Shown here: positions 14,485-27,100 of the stretch, piece by piece
How the letters are laid out: the number at the start of each line of letters is the position of its first letter
Numbering within the stretch: the stretch's first letter is position 1
Assembly: GCF_004010195.1 (NCBI RefSeq)
Contig: NC_057756.1
Coordinates: 10,595,165 to 10,645,570, forward strand
DNA: 50,406 nt
Reading direction: 5' to 3'
From: Chiloscyllium plagiosum
Taxonomy: Eukaryota
Notes under the pieces: model-generated
The model's input: the letters and a program-made list of their open reading frames with translations, nothing else
Databases searched by the model: none
What the model was told of the DNA's origin: nothing
Position numbers and translations under genes: made by a program

Positions 14485-16798
14485 GACCATGCTAAATTGA
14501 ACCATAGTGTCCAGAGATTTGCAGGTTCGTGTGGATTGGCCATGCTAAATTACCCGTAGTGCCCAGGGATGTGCCAGTGCGGGTGGATTGCCCATGCTAA
14601 TTTGTCCTGGAGTACCCAGGGGTGTGGAGGTTTGGGTGGATTGGCCTTGCTAAATTACCTGTCGTGCTCAGGATGCACAGTTTTGGGTGTGCAGACCATG
14701 TTAAATTGCCCATAGTGTCCAGGGATGTGCAGGTTACGGTGGATTGGCCATGTTAAATTACCTGTAGTGCCCAGAATGCGCAGTTTACGGTATATTGTCC
14801 ATGCTAAATTACCCATAGTGCCCAGGGACGTGCAGGTTCGGATGTATTGCCCATGCTAATTTGTCCCAGAATGCTGAGCGATGTGCAGCTTCAGGTGCAT
14901 TTGGCCATGCTAAATTGTCCCACAGTGCCTAGGGATGTGGGGGTTAGGGGGAATTGGCCATGCTAAATTAGCCACAATGCCCAAGGATGTGCATGTTAGG
15001 ATGGATTGACCATGCTAAATTTTCCTATAGTACACTGGTATGTGCAGGTTAGCGTGGATTGGCCATGTTAAATTGTTCCATAGTGCCCAGAGCTGTGCAA
15101 GTTAGGTTGGATTGGCTGTGCTTATTTGACCCATAGTGCCTAGGGATGTGGTGGGTAGGTGGGGAATTGGCTGTGCTGAATTAGCCACAATGCCCAGGGA
15201 TGTGCAGGTTAGGGTGGGATTGGCCATGCTAAATTACCCATAGTGCCCAGGAATGTGCAGGTTAATGTGGAATAGCCCTGCAATATTAGCCATACCATCC
15301 AGCGATGTGCATGTTAGGGTGGATTGGCCATGCTAAATTACACATAGTGCCCAGCGATGTGCATGTTAGGGTGGATTGGCCATGCTAAATTACCCATAGT
15401 GCCCAGCGATGTGCATGTTAGGGTGGATTGGCCATGCTAAATTACCCATGATTCCCCGGATGCGCAGGTTACAGTGTATTGGCCATGCTAAATTACCCAT
15501 AATGCCCAGCGATGTGCAGGTTAGTGTGGATTGGCTGTTCTAAATTGTGCCATAGTGCCCAGGGTTGTGGAGGTTAGCGGGGAATTGGCTGTGCTAAGTT
15601 AGCCACAGTCCCACAGTGCTCAGGATGTGCAGGTTCGGGTGAATTTGCCATGCCAATTTAGCCGTAGTGCCTTGGGATGTTCAGGTTAGGGTGGATTGGC
15701 CAAGCAAAATTGTCCCATAATGCACAGGAATATATAGGTTAGGGTGGATTGGCCGTGCTGAATTACACCACAGTGCCCAGGGATGTGCAGGTCAGGGTGG
15801 ATTAGCCATGCTAATTTAACCATTGTGCCCATGGATATGCTGGGTAGGTGAATTGACCATGCTAAATTGTTGCATAGTGTGCAGGGATATGCAGGCTCGG
15901 GTAGATTGGCCATGCTAAATTGTCCCACAGTGCCCAGGGATGTGCATGTTTGGATGGACAGGCCATGCAAAATTGTCCCACAGTGCCCAGGGATGTGCAG
16001 GTTAGGGTTGATCGACGCTGCTAAATTACCCCAGTGCCCAGGGATGTGCACATTCTGATGGATTGGCCATGCTAAATTGTCCCATAGTGCCCAGGGACGA
16101 GCCGTGTTCGGTGGATTGACCATGCTAAATTACCCATACTTTCAAAGGATGTGCAGGTTTGGGTGGATTGGCCATGCTAAGTTACCCGTAGTGCCCAGGG
16201 ATGTGCAGGTTAGGGTGAATTCGCTGTGCTAAATTCCCCATAGTGCTCAGGGATAACTCTGTTAGGGTGGATTGGCCTTCCTAATTTGCCCATTGTCCAT
16301 AGGGATGTGCGTGTTCTGGTGATTTGCCCATGCTAATTTGTCCCTTTGTGACCAGAGGTGTGCAGGTTTGGGTGTTTTGGCCATACTAAAATGTCCCACA
16401 GTGCACAGGGATGTGCAGTTTCGGGTGGATTGGCCATACTAAATTACCCATAGTGCCTAGGGTTGTGCAGGTTTGGGTGGATTGGCCATTCTAAATTACC
16501 CAAAGTGCCACGAGATGTGCAGGTTCTGGTGGATTGACCTTGCTATATTGTCCTGTTGTGTCCAGGGTTGTGCAGCTTTGGGTGGATTTGCCATGCGAAA
16601 TTTCACATAGTGCCCAGGGATGTGCAGGTTATGGTGGATTGGCCTTGCAGAATTACCCATAGTGCCCAGGGATGTGGACGTTGGGGTGGATAGGCCATGC
16701 TCAATTAGGTGCACAGCTCAGGGTTGTGCAGGTTAGGCCATGCCAGATTTTCCCATACTGCCCAGGGATGTGCCGGTTAGGGTGAATTGGCCAAGGTA

Positions 16799-17641
16799 AA
16801 AACAATGACTGCAGATGCTGGAAACCAGATTCTGGATTACAGTGGTGCTGGAAAAACACAGCAGTTCAGGCAGCATCTGAGGAGCAGGAAAATCGACGTT
16901 TCCGGCAAAAGCCCTTCATCAGGAATAAAGGCAGAGAGCCTGAAGGGTGGAGAGAAAAGCTAGAGGATGGTGGGGGTGGGGATAGAGTAGCATAGAGTAC
17001 AATAGGTCAGTGGGGGAGGAGATGAAGGTGATAGGTCAGGGAGGAGAGGGTGNNNNNNNNNNNNNNNNNNNNNNNNNNNNNNNNNNNNNNNNNNNNNNNN
17101 NNNNNNNNNNNNNNNNNNNNNNNNNNNNNNNNNNNNNNNNNNNNNNNNNNNNNNNNNNNNNNNNNNNNNNNNNNNNNNNNNNNNNNNNNNNNNNNNNNNN
17201 NNNNNNNNNNNNNNNNNNNNNNNNNNNNNNNNNNNNNNNNNNNNNNNNNNNNNNNNNNNNNNNNNNNNNNNNNNNNNNNNNNNNNNNNNNNNNNNNNNNN
17301 NNNNNNNNNNNNNNNNNNNNNNNNNNNNNNNNNNNNNNNNNNNNNNNNNNNNNNNNNNNNNNNNNNNNNNNACCAGGTCGTCACGGAGGGAATGGTCTTT
17401 GCGGAAGGCGGAAAGGGGTGGGGAGGGAAATATATTCCTGGTGGTGGGGTCAGGTTGGAGGTGGCGGAAATGTCAGCAGATGATTTGGTTTATGCGAAGG
17501 TTGGTAGGGTGGAAGGTGAGCACCAGGGGCGTTCTGTCCTTGTTACAGTTGGAGGGGTGGGGTCTGAGGGCGGAAGTGCGGGATGTGGACGAGATGTGTT
17601 GGAGGGCATCTTTAACCACGTGGGAAGGGAAATAGCGGTCT
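16799..17641 (-). mobile_element. 5'-truncated Penelope-like element (Neptune-like) inserted in the satellite; N gap inside; hammerhead core at 16895-16922
   Basis: Minus strand of 17372-17640 translates DRYFPSHVVKDAL...KDRTPLVLTFHPTNLRINQIIC*HFRHLQPDPTTRNIFPSPPLSAFRKDHSLRDDLV, resembling the PLE RT thumb/linker; terminal repeat has CTGATGA-A-GGGC-TTTT-GCCG-GAAA-CG-TC. Confidence 0.85.
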
Positions 17642-17835
17642 ATGCCCAGGGATGTGCAGGTTAGGGTGGACTGGCCATGCTAAATTACCCATTTTGTCCC
17701 AGGATGTGGAGGTTCGGGTGGATTAGCCCTGCTAACTTAGCCATCGTGCCCATGGATGTGCCGGTTCGGTGGATTGGCCATGCTAAATTGTCGCATAATG
17801 TGCAGGTTCGGATAGATTGGCTATGTTAAATCGTC

Positions 17836-18158
17836 GCTGAAAATGTGTTGCTGGAAAAGCACAGCAGGTCAGGCAGCATCCAAGGAGCAGGAGAATCGAC
17901 GTTTCGGGCATAAGCCCTTCTTCAGGAATCGGCTGAAGAGCTTCTGTGCAGAGGAGATGACCTGGGGTGTGCAGTGAGAGAGGGACTCACTGAAATCCTT
18001 GTAGTGGGAGGAAGAAAGCTTCTTCAAGGAAGGCATCCTTGCAAGAGGATTCGCAGTAGATTAAAATCTTCGAGGACAAAGTGAGGACTGCAGATGCTGG
18101 AGATCAGAGCTGAAAATGTGTTGCTGGAAAAGCACAGCAGGTCAGGCAGCATCCAAGG
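17836..18158 (-). mobile_element. 323-bp PLE-derived insertion with 50-bp terminal direct repeats, 7-bp TSD, hammerhead core at 17898-17925
   Basis: TSD AATCGTC at 17829-17835 and 18159-18165; identical 50-mers at 17836-17885 and 18109-18158. Confidence 0.88.
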
Positions 18159-21100
18159 AATCGTCCCACAGTGTGTAGGGATGTGCAGGTTAGGGTGAAT
18201 TGGCCATGCTAAATTAGGCATACGGCCCAGGAATGTGCAGGTTAGGGTGAATTGGCCATGCTAAATAACTTACAGTTCCCAGGGATGTGCAGGTTATCGT
18301 AGGGTGGCCGTGCTGAATTACCCATAGTGCCCAGGAATGTGCATTTTAAGGTAGAATGGCTGTGCTAAATTGTCGCATAGTGCCCAGGATGTGCAGGTTA
18401 GGGTGGACTGGCCGTGCTAAATTACACATGGTGTCCAATGATGTGCAGGGTAGGCTGGATTGGCAATGCAAAATTGCCTGTCGTGTCCAGGGATGCGCTG
18501 GTTAGGGTGGATTTGCCATGCTAAATTACCCTTAGTGCCCAGGGATGTACAGGTTCGGGTGGATTGGCCGTGCTAAATTACCCTTAGTGCCCAGAGATGT
18601 ACAGGTTCGGGTGGATTGGCTGTGCTAAATTAGCCATAGTGCTCAGAGATGTGCAGGTTTGGAGTGGATTGGCCAGGCTAAATTACCCATAGTGTCCAAA
18701 GATGTGCAGGGTAGGAGGGGTTATCCATGCTCAATTGTCACATAGTGCCCAGGGATGTGCCGGTAGGGTGGAGTAGCCATTCACAATTACCCGTTACATC
18801 CAGCGATGTGCAGGTTAGGGTGGATTGGCCATGCCAAATTGCTCATAGTGCCCTCGGATGTACAGGTTCAAGTGGATTGGCCATGCTAAATTACCCATAG
18901 TGCTCAGGAATGTGCAGGTTTGGATGGATTGACCATGTTAAACTATCCGTAGTATCCAAGGATGACCCAGTTAGGGTGGATTGGCCATGCTAAATTGCCC
19001 ACAATGCTCAGGGATGTGCATGTTTGGGTGGATTGGGAATGCTCAATTATTGCATAGTGCCCAGGGATGTGTAGGTTAGGGTGAATTGGCCAGGCGAACT
19101 TAGCCACAGTGCCCAAGATTTGCAGGCTTGGGTGGATTAGCCCTGCTAGATTAGCCATCGTCCCCAGGGATGTGCAGGTTAGGGTAGATTGGCCATGCTA
19201 AATTAGCCATAGTACCCAGGGATGTGCAGGTTAGGGTGGATGCTCCATGCTAATTTGACCCATAGTACCCAGGGATGTGCAGGTTAGGGTGGGTTGGCCT
19301 TGCTAAATTACCCAGTGCCCAGGGATTGCAGGATAGGATGGATTAGCCCTGCTAATATAGCCATAGTGCCAAGGGATGTGCCAGTTAGGTTGATTGACCC
19401 TGCTAAATTGTCCCACAGTGCATTGGGATGTGCAAGTTAGGGTGGATTGGCCATGCTAAATTGTCCCATAGTGCCCAGCGCTGTGCAGGTTATCGTAGAT
19501 TGGCCATGCTGAGTTACCCACAGTTCCCAAGGATGTGTAGGTTAGGGTGAACTGGCCATGCTAAAGTTTCCCATAGTGCCCAGTGTTGTACAGCTTAGGG
19601 AGGATTGGTCATTCTAAATTTTCCCATAATGCCCAGGGATGTGCAGGTTGGGTGAATTTGTCATGCTAAATTACCCAGTGCCCAGGGATGAACAGGATAG
19701 GGTGGATTAGCCCTATTAATTTTACCCAGTGCCCAGGGATGTACAGGATAGGGTGGATTAGCCCTATTAATTTTACCATAGTGCCCAGGGATATGCAGGT
19801 TAGGGTAGATTGGCTGTGCTAATGTACCCACAGTGTCTAGGGATGCACAGGTTCAGTGGATTGGCCATGGTAAATTACACAGTGTTCAGGGATATGCAGG
19901 TTAGGGTGGATTGGCCTTGCTAAATTATCCATACTGTGCAGGGATATACAAGATACCATGGATTTACAATACTAAATTGCCCATAGTGCCCAGGGATGTG
20001 CAAGTTAGGGTGGATTGCCGTGCTAAATTGTCCCATAGTGCCCAGCGCTGTGCAGGTTATCGTAGATTGGCCATGCTGAGTTACCCACAGTTCCCAAGGA
20101 TGTGCAGGTTAGGGTGAACTGGCCATGCTAAAGTTTCCCATATTGCCCAGTGGTGTACAGGTTAGGGAGGATTGGTCATTCTACATTTTCCCATAATCCC
20201 CAGGAATGTGCAGGTTGGGTGAATTGGCCATGCTAAATTACCCAGTGCCCAGAGATGTACAGGATAGGGTGGATTAGCCCTATTAATTTTACCATAGTGC
20301 CCATGGATGTGCTGGTTAGGTGGATTGGCCCTGCTAAATTGTCCCAGAGCACGTGGGGATGCACAGGTTTGGTGAATTGGCCATGCCAAATTACCCATAG
20401 TGCTCAGGGATGTGCAGGTTAGGGTGCATTGGCTGTGCTAAATTATCCATAGTGTCCAGGGATGCACAAGATAGTGTAGATTGACAAACTAAATTGTCCA
20501 TAGTGCCCAGGGATGCGCAGGTTAGTGTGAATGTCCCATGCTAATTTGACCCATAGTGCTCAGGGATATGCAGGTTTGGGTGGATTAGCCCTGCTAAATT
20601 ACCCATAGTGCCCAGGGATGTGCAGGTTCAGATGGACTGGCCCTGCTAAATCATCCATAGTGCCCAGGGATGTGCAGGTTCAGATGGACTGGCGATGCTA
20701 AATTGTCTCATAGTGTGTAGAGAATCCAATTTCAGGTGGATTGGCCATGCTTAATTACCCATAGTGCCCAAGGATATTCAGGTTAGGGTAGATTGGCAAT
20801 GCTAAATTAGCCATAGTACCCAGGGATGTGCAGGTTATGGTGGATTGGCCATGCTAAATGACCCATAGTGTCCAGGAATGTGCGTGTTTGGGTGGATTGA
20901 CCATGCTAAATTTTCACACAGTGCCTGGGATGTGCAGGTTAGGTTGAACTGGCCATGTTAAATTTTCCCATAGTGCTCAGAGATGTGCAGGTTTGGAGCG
21001 GATTGGCCGGGCTAAACTACCCATAGTGTCCAAAGATGTGTAGGGTAGGAGGGGTTGGTCATGTTCAATTGTCACATAATACACAGAGATGTGCAGGTAG

Positions 21101-24100
21101 GGTGGAGTGGCCATTCACAATTGCCTGTAACATCCAGCGATGTGCAGGTTAGGGTGGATTGGCTGTGCAAATTTGTCCCATTTGCCCAAGGATGTACAGG
21201 TTAGGGTGGATTGGCCATGCTAAATTACCCATAATGCCCAGGGATGTGCAGGTTAGGGTGGATTGGCCGTGCTAAATTACCCATAGTGCCCAGCGATGTG
21301 CAGGTTAGGGTGGATTGGCCGTGCTAAATTAACCATAGTGCCCAGGAATGTGCAGGTTAGGGTGGATTGGCCGTGCTCTTTTGTCCCATTTGCCCAGGGA
21401 TGTCCAGCTGAGGGTGGATTGGCCATTATAACTTATCCGTGGTGTCGAAGGATGACCCAGTTAGGGTGAATTGGCCATGCTAAATTGCCCATAGTGCTCA
21501 GGGATGTGCATGCTAGGGTAGATTGGACATGCTAAATTGTTCTGTTGTACCCAGGGATGTGCAGGTTAGGGTGTATTGGCCATGCTCAATTGTCGCATCG
21601 TGCCCAGGATGTGCAGGTTAGGGTGGATTGGCCATGCTAAATTACCCATAGTGCTCAGGGATGTGCAGGATAGGGTGGATTAGCCATGCTAAATTACCCA
21701 TAGTGTCCAGGGATGTACAGGATAGGGTGGATTAGCCCTGCTAATATAGCCATAGTGCCAAGGGATGTACCAGTTAGGTGGATTGGCCCTGCTAAATTGT
21801 CCCACAGCACGTAGGGATGTACAGGTTAGGGTGGATTGGCCATGCTCAATTGTCGCATAGTGCCCAGGGATGTGCAGGTTAGGGTGGATTGGCCATGCTC
21901 AATTGTCGCATAGTGCCCAGGGATGTGCAGGTTAGGGTGGATTGGCCGTGCTAAATTGTCCCATAGTGTCTGTGGATGTGCAGGTTAGGGTGGATTAGCC
22001 GTGCTAAATTACCCATAGTGTCCAGGGATGTACAGGATAGGGAGGATTGGCCATGCTAAATTACCCATAGTGTCCAGGGATGTACAGGATAGGGTGGATT
22101 AGCCATGCTAAATTACCCATAGTGTCCAGGGATGTACAGGATAGGGTGGATTAGCCCTGCTAATATAGCCATAGTGCCAAGGGATGTACCAGTTAGGTGG
22201 ATTGGCCCTGCTAAATTGTCCCACAGCACGTAGGGATGTACAGGTTAGGGTGGATTGGCCATGCTCAATTGTCGCATAGTGCCCAGGGATGTGCAGGTTA
22301 GGGTGGATTGGCCAGGTTAACTTAGCCATAGTGACCAGGGATTTGCAGGCTTTGATGGATTAGCCATCGTCCCCAGGGATGTGCAGGTTAAGGTGGAAGC
22401 CCCATGTTAAATTGTCCCATAGTGCGTAGGGAGTCCAGTTTTGGGTGGATTGGCCATGCTTAATTACCCATAGTTCCCAGGGATAACCAGGCTAGGGTGG
22501 ATTGGCCTTGATAAATTTTCAGTGCCCAAGGATGTGTAGATTAGGGTGAACTGGCCATGCTAAAGATTCCCATACTGCCCAGTGATGTGCAAGGTAGGGT
22601 GGATTGGCCATGCTAAATTACCGATCGTGTCCAGGGATGTGTGCAGGTTAGGGTGGATTGGCTGTGCTAAATTATCCAGTGCCCAAGGATGTACAGGATA
22701 GGATGGATTAGCCCTGCTAATATAGCCATAGTGCCAAGGGATGTACCAGTTAGGTGGATTGGCCCTGCTAAATTGTCCCACAGCACATAGGGATGTACAG
22801 GTTAGGGTGGATTGGCCATGCTAAATTACCCATTCTGTCCAGGGATGTGCAGGATAGGGTGGGTTGGCTTTGCTAAATTACCCAGTGCCCAGGGATTACA
22901 GGATAGGATGGATTTACCTTGCTAATATAGCCATAGTGCCCAGGGATGTAAAAGTTAGGTTGATTGACCCTGCTAAATTGTCCCACAGTGCATTGGGATG
23001 TGCAGGTTAGGGTGGATTGGCCGTGCTAAATTGTCCATAGTGCCCAGCACTGTGCAGGTTAGGGTGGATTGGCCATGCTAAATTGTCCCACAGTGCATAG
23101 GGATGTGCAGGTTAGGGTGGATTGGCCATGCTAAATGGTCCCATAGTGTCCAGGGGTGTGCAGGTTATCGTATATTGGCCATGCTGAATTATCCTTAGTG
23201 CCCAGGGATGTACAGGATAGAGTGGATTAGCCCTACTAATTTAGCCAAAGTGCCCATGGATGTGCTGGTTAGGTGGATTGACCCTGCTAAATTGTCCCAC
23301 AGTGCATAGGGATGTGCAGGTTAGGATGGATTGGCCAGGCTAAATTACCCATAGTGCCCAGTGATGTGAATGTTAGTGTGGATTGGCCATGCTAAATTAC
23401 CCATAGTGCCCAGTGATGTACAGGTTAGGGTGGATTTGCAATGCTAAATTACCCTTAGTGCCAAGGAATGTGCAGGTGAGGATGGATTGATTGGCTGTAC
23501 TAAATTACACATAGTGCACAAATATGTGTAGGTTAGCATGGTTTGGCCACACATAATTGCCCATAGTGTCCAGGAATGTGCAGGTTAGGGAGGATTGCCA
23601 TGCTAAATTACCCATAGTGCCCAGGGATTTATATGATAGGGTGGATTGGCCGTGTTAAATTACCCATAGTGCCCAGGGATTTCCATGATAGGGTGGATTG
23701 GCCATGTTAAATTACCAATAGTATCCAGTAATATGCAGGTTTGGATGCTTTGCCCATGTTAATTTGTCCCATAGTGCCCAGGGATGTGCAGATTTGGGTG
23801 GATTGGCCGTGCTAAATTGTCCCACAGTACGCACGGATGAGCAGGTTAGGGTGGATTGGCCAAGCTAAATTACCCATTTCATCCAGAGATTCACAGGTTT
23901 GGGTGGATTGGCCGTGCTAACTTACCCATAGTTCCCAGGGATGTGCAGGTTAATGTAGTTCGGCTATGCTAAATTACCCATATTGCCTAGGGATGTAAAG
24001 ATTCCGGTGGATTCACCATGCCAAATTGTCTCACAATGCCCAGGAATGTGCAGGTTTGGAGTGGATTAGCTGTGCTAAATTACCCATAATGTCGAGGGAT

Positions 24101-27100
24101 GTGCAGGTTAGGATGGATTGGCCATGCTAAATTGCCACCTCGTGCTCAGGGATGTGCAGTGTCGGGTGGATTGGCCGTGCTAAATTACCCATAGTTCACA
24201 GGATGGCCAGGTTATGGTGGATTGGCCCTGCAAAATTACCCATAGTGCCCAAGTATATGCAGGTTGGCGTGGTTTGGCCATACTAAATTGCCCGTTGTGT
24301 CCAGGGATGAGCAAGTTAGAGTGGATGCCCCATGGTAATTTGACACATATTGCCCAGGGATGTGCAAATTACTGTGGACTGGCCATGCAAAATTAGCCAT
24401 CGTGCCCATGGATGTGCATGCAATGGGTAGATTGGCCATGTTAAATTGTTCCTTAGTGTGCAGGGATGTGCTAAATTACCCATACTGTCCAGTGGATGTG
24501 CAGGTTAGGGTGGATTGGCCATAATAAATTGCCAGTTGTGTCCAGGGATGAGCAGAATAAGGTGGATGTGGATGCCCCATGGTAATTTGACTCATAGTGC
24601 CCAGGGATGTGCATGTTTGGGTAGATCGGCCATGTTAAATTGTTCCTTCGTACCCAAAGAGATGTGCAGGTTAGGGTGGATTGGCCACACTAAATTGTCC
24701 CATAGTGCCCAGGGGTATGCAGATTAGGGTGGATTGGCCATACTAAATTGTCCCATACTGCCCTGTTTATGCAGGTTAGGGTGGATTGGCCATACTAACT
24801 TGTCCCATCGTGTCCAAGGAGGGGCAAGGTATGGTGGATTGGCTAGGCTAAATAAGGAATAGTACCCAGGGAAGTGCAGGTTAGGGTGGATTGGCAATGC
24901 TAAGGTACCCACAGTGCCCAGGGATGTGCAGGTTAGGGTGGATTGGCAATGCTAACGTACCCATAGTGCCCAGGAATGAACAGGTTACGATGGATTGGCC
25001 ATGCTAAATTACCCATCGTGCCCATGAATGTGCAGGTTACAATGGATTGGCCGTGCTAAATTATCCCATAGTGCCCAGGAAGTGCAGGTTACAATGGATT
25101 GGCCGTGCTAAATTATCCCATAGTGTGCAGGGATGTGCAGGTTACAATGGATTGGCCATGCTAAATTATCCCATATGCCCAGGAATGTGCAGGTTACCAT
25201 GGATTGGCTGTGCTAAATTGTCCCATAGTGCACAGGGATGTGCAAGTTCTGGTGGATTGGCCATGCTAAATTACCCATAGTGTATAGGAATGTGCAAGTT
25301 ACGATGGATTGGCCGTGCTAAATTGTGCAGATTAGGGTGGATTAACCATGCTAAATTTTTCTATATTGTCCAGGGATGTGCAGGTTAAGATAGATTAGCC
25401 CTGCTAAATTAGCTGTAGTGCCCAGACCTGTGCAGGTTCGGGTGGATTGGCAATGATCAATTACCCATAGTGCCCAGGGATGTGCAGGTTAGGGTGGATT
25501 GGCCATGCTAAATTGTCCCATAGTGCCCAGGGATGTGCAGGCTAGGGTGGATTGACCATGCTAAATTACCCATAGTGCCCAGTGATGTGTAAATTAGGAT
25601 GGATTGGCCATGCTAAATTGTCGGATACTGCCCACAGATTTGCAAGATCTGGTGGATTGTCCATGCTAAATTAGACCTAGTGCTCAGATATGTGGAGATT
25701 AGGGAGGATTGGCCATGTTAAGTTTTTCCACAATTCCCAGGGATGTGCAAGGTACGGTGGATTGGCCATGCTAATTTACCCATTGTGTCCAAGGATGTGC
25801 GGGTTAGGGTGGATTGGCCATGCTAAATTACCCATTGTGTCCAAGGATGTGCAGGTTAGGGTGGTTTGCCCATGTTAATTTGTCCCACAGTTCCCAGGAA
25901 TGTGCAGCTGAGGGTATATCTGCCATGCTAAATTCACCGTAGCACGTAGGGACGTGCAGGTTAGGGTGGATAGGCCATGCTAAATTACCCATAGTGTCCA
26001 GGGATATGTAGGTTAGAGTGGATTGGCCATGCTAAATTACCCATAGTGTCCAGGGATATGCAGGTTAGGGTGGATAGGCCATGCTAAATTACCCATAGTG
26101 CCCAGGGATGTGCATGTTAGGGTGGATTGGCAATGCTAACGTACCCTTGTGCCCAGTGACGTGCAGGTTGCGATGGATTGGCTGTGCTAAATTACCCATA
26201 GTGTACAGGGATGTGCACATTAGGGTGAATTGGCCATACTAAATTGTTGAATAGTGCCCAGCAATGTGTCAATTTAGTGTGGATTAGCCGTGCTAAATAA
26301 CCCATTGTGTCCAGGGATTTGCAAGTTAGGATTGACTGGCCATGCTAAATTACCCATAGGACTCAGGGATGTGTAGGTCAGGTAGATTGGCCACGCTGTA
26401 TTACCCATACTGCCCAGGGATTTGCAAGACCTGGTGGATTGCCCATGCTAAGTTAGACATAGTGCTCAGAAATGTGAAGGTTAGGGAGAATTGGCCATGC
26501 TAAATTTTCCCACAGTTCCCAGGGATGTGCAAGGTATGGTGGATTAGCTGTGCTAAATTACCCAAGGTGCCCAGGTATGTGCTGTTAGGGTGAATTGGCC
26601 ATGCTAAATTATCCCTAGTGCCCAAGGATCTGCAGGTTCGAGTGGATTGGCCATGCTAAATTGCCCATAGTGCCCAGGGATGTGCAGGTTATGGTGGATT
26701 GGCCATGCTAAATTACCCATAGTGCCCAGGGATGTGCAGGTTATGGTGGGTTGGCCATGCTAAATTATGCATTGTTCACAGTATGGACAGGTTATGGTAG
26801 ATTGGCATTGCAAAATTACCCATAGTGCACAAATATGTGCAGGTTAGCATATTAAATTGCCCATAGTGTCCAGGGATGAGCAGATTAGGGTGGATGTCCC
26901 ATGGTAATTTGACCCATACTGCCCCTGGGGTGAATATGTTTGGGTAGATTGGCCATGTTAAATTGTTCCTTCATCCCCAGAGTTGTGCAGATTAGGGTGG
27001 ATTGGCCATATTAAATTGTCCCACAGTGCCCAGGAATGTGCAGGTTAGGGTGGATTCGCCATGCTGCATTTTCCCACAGTGCCTAGGGATGTGCAGGTTA

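Noticed and set aside
10350..17664. ORFs containing runs of X
   Set aside because: Artefacts of translating through N gaps.
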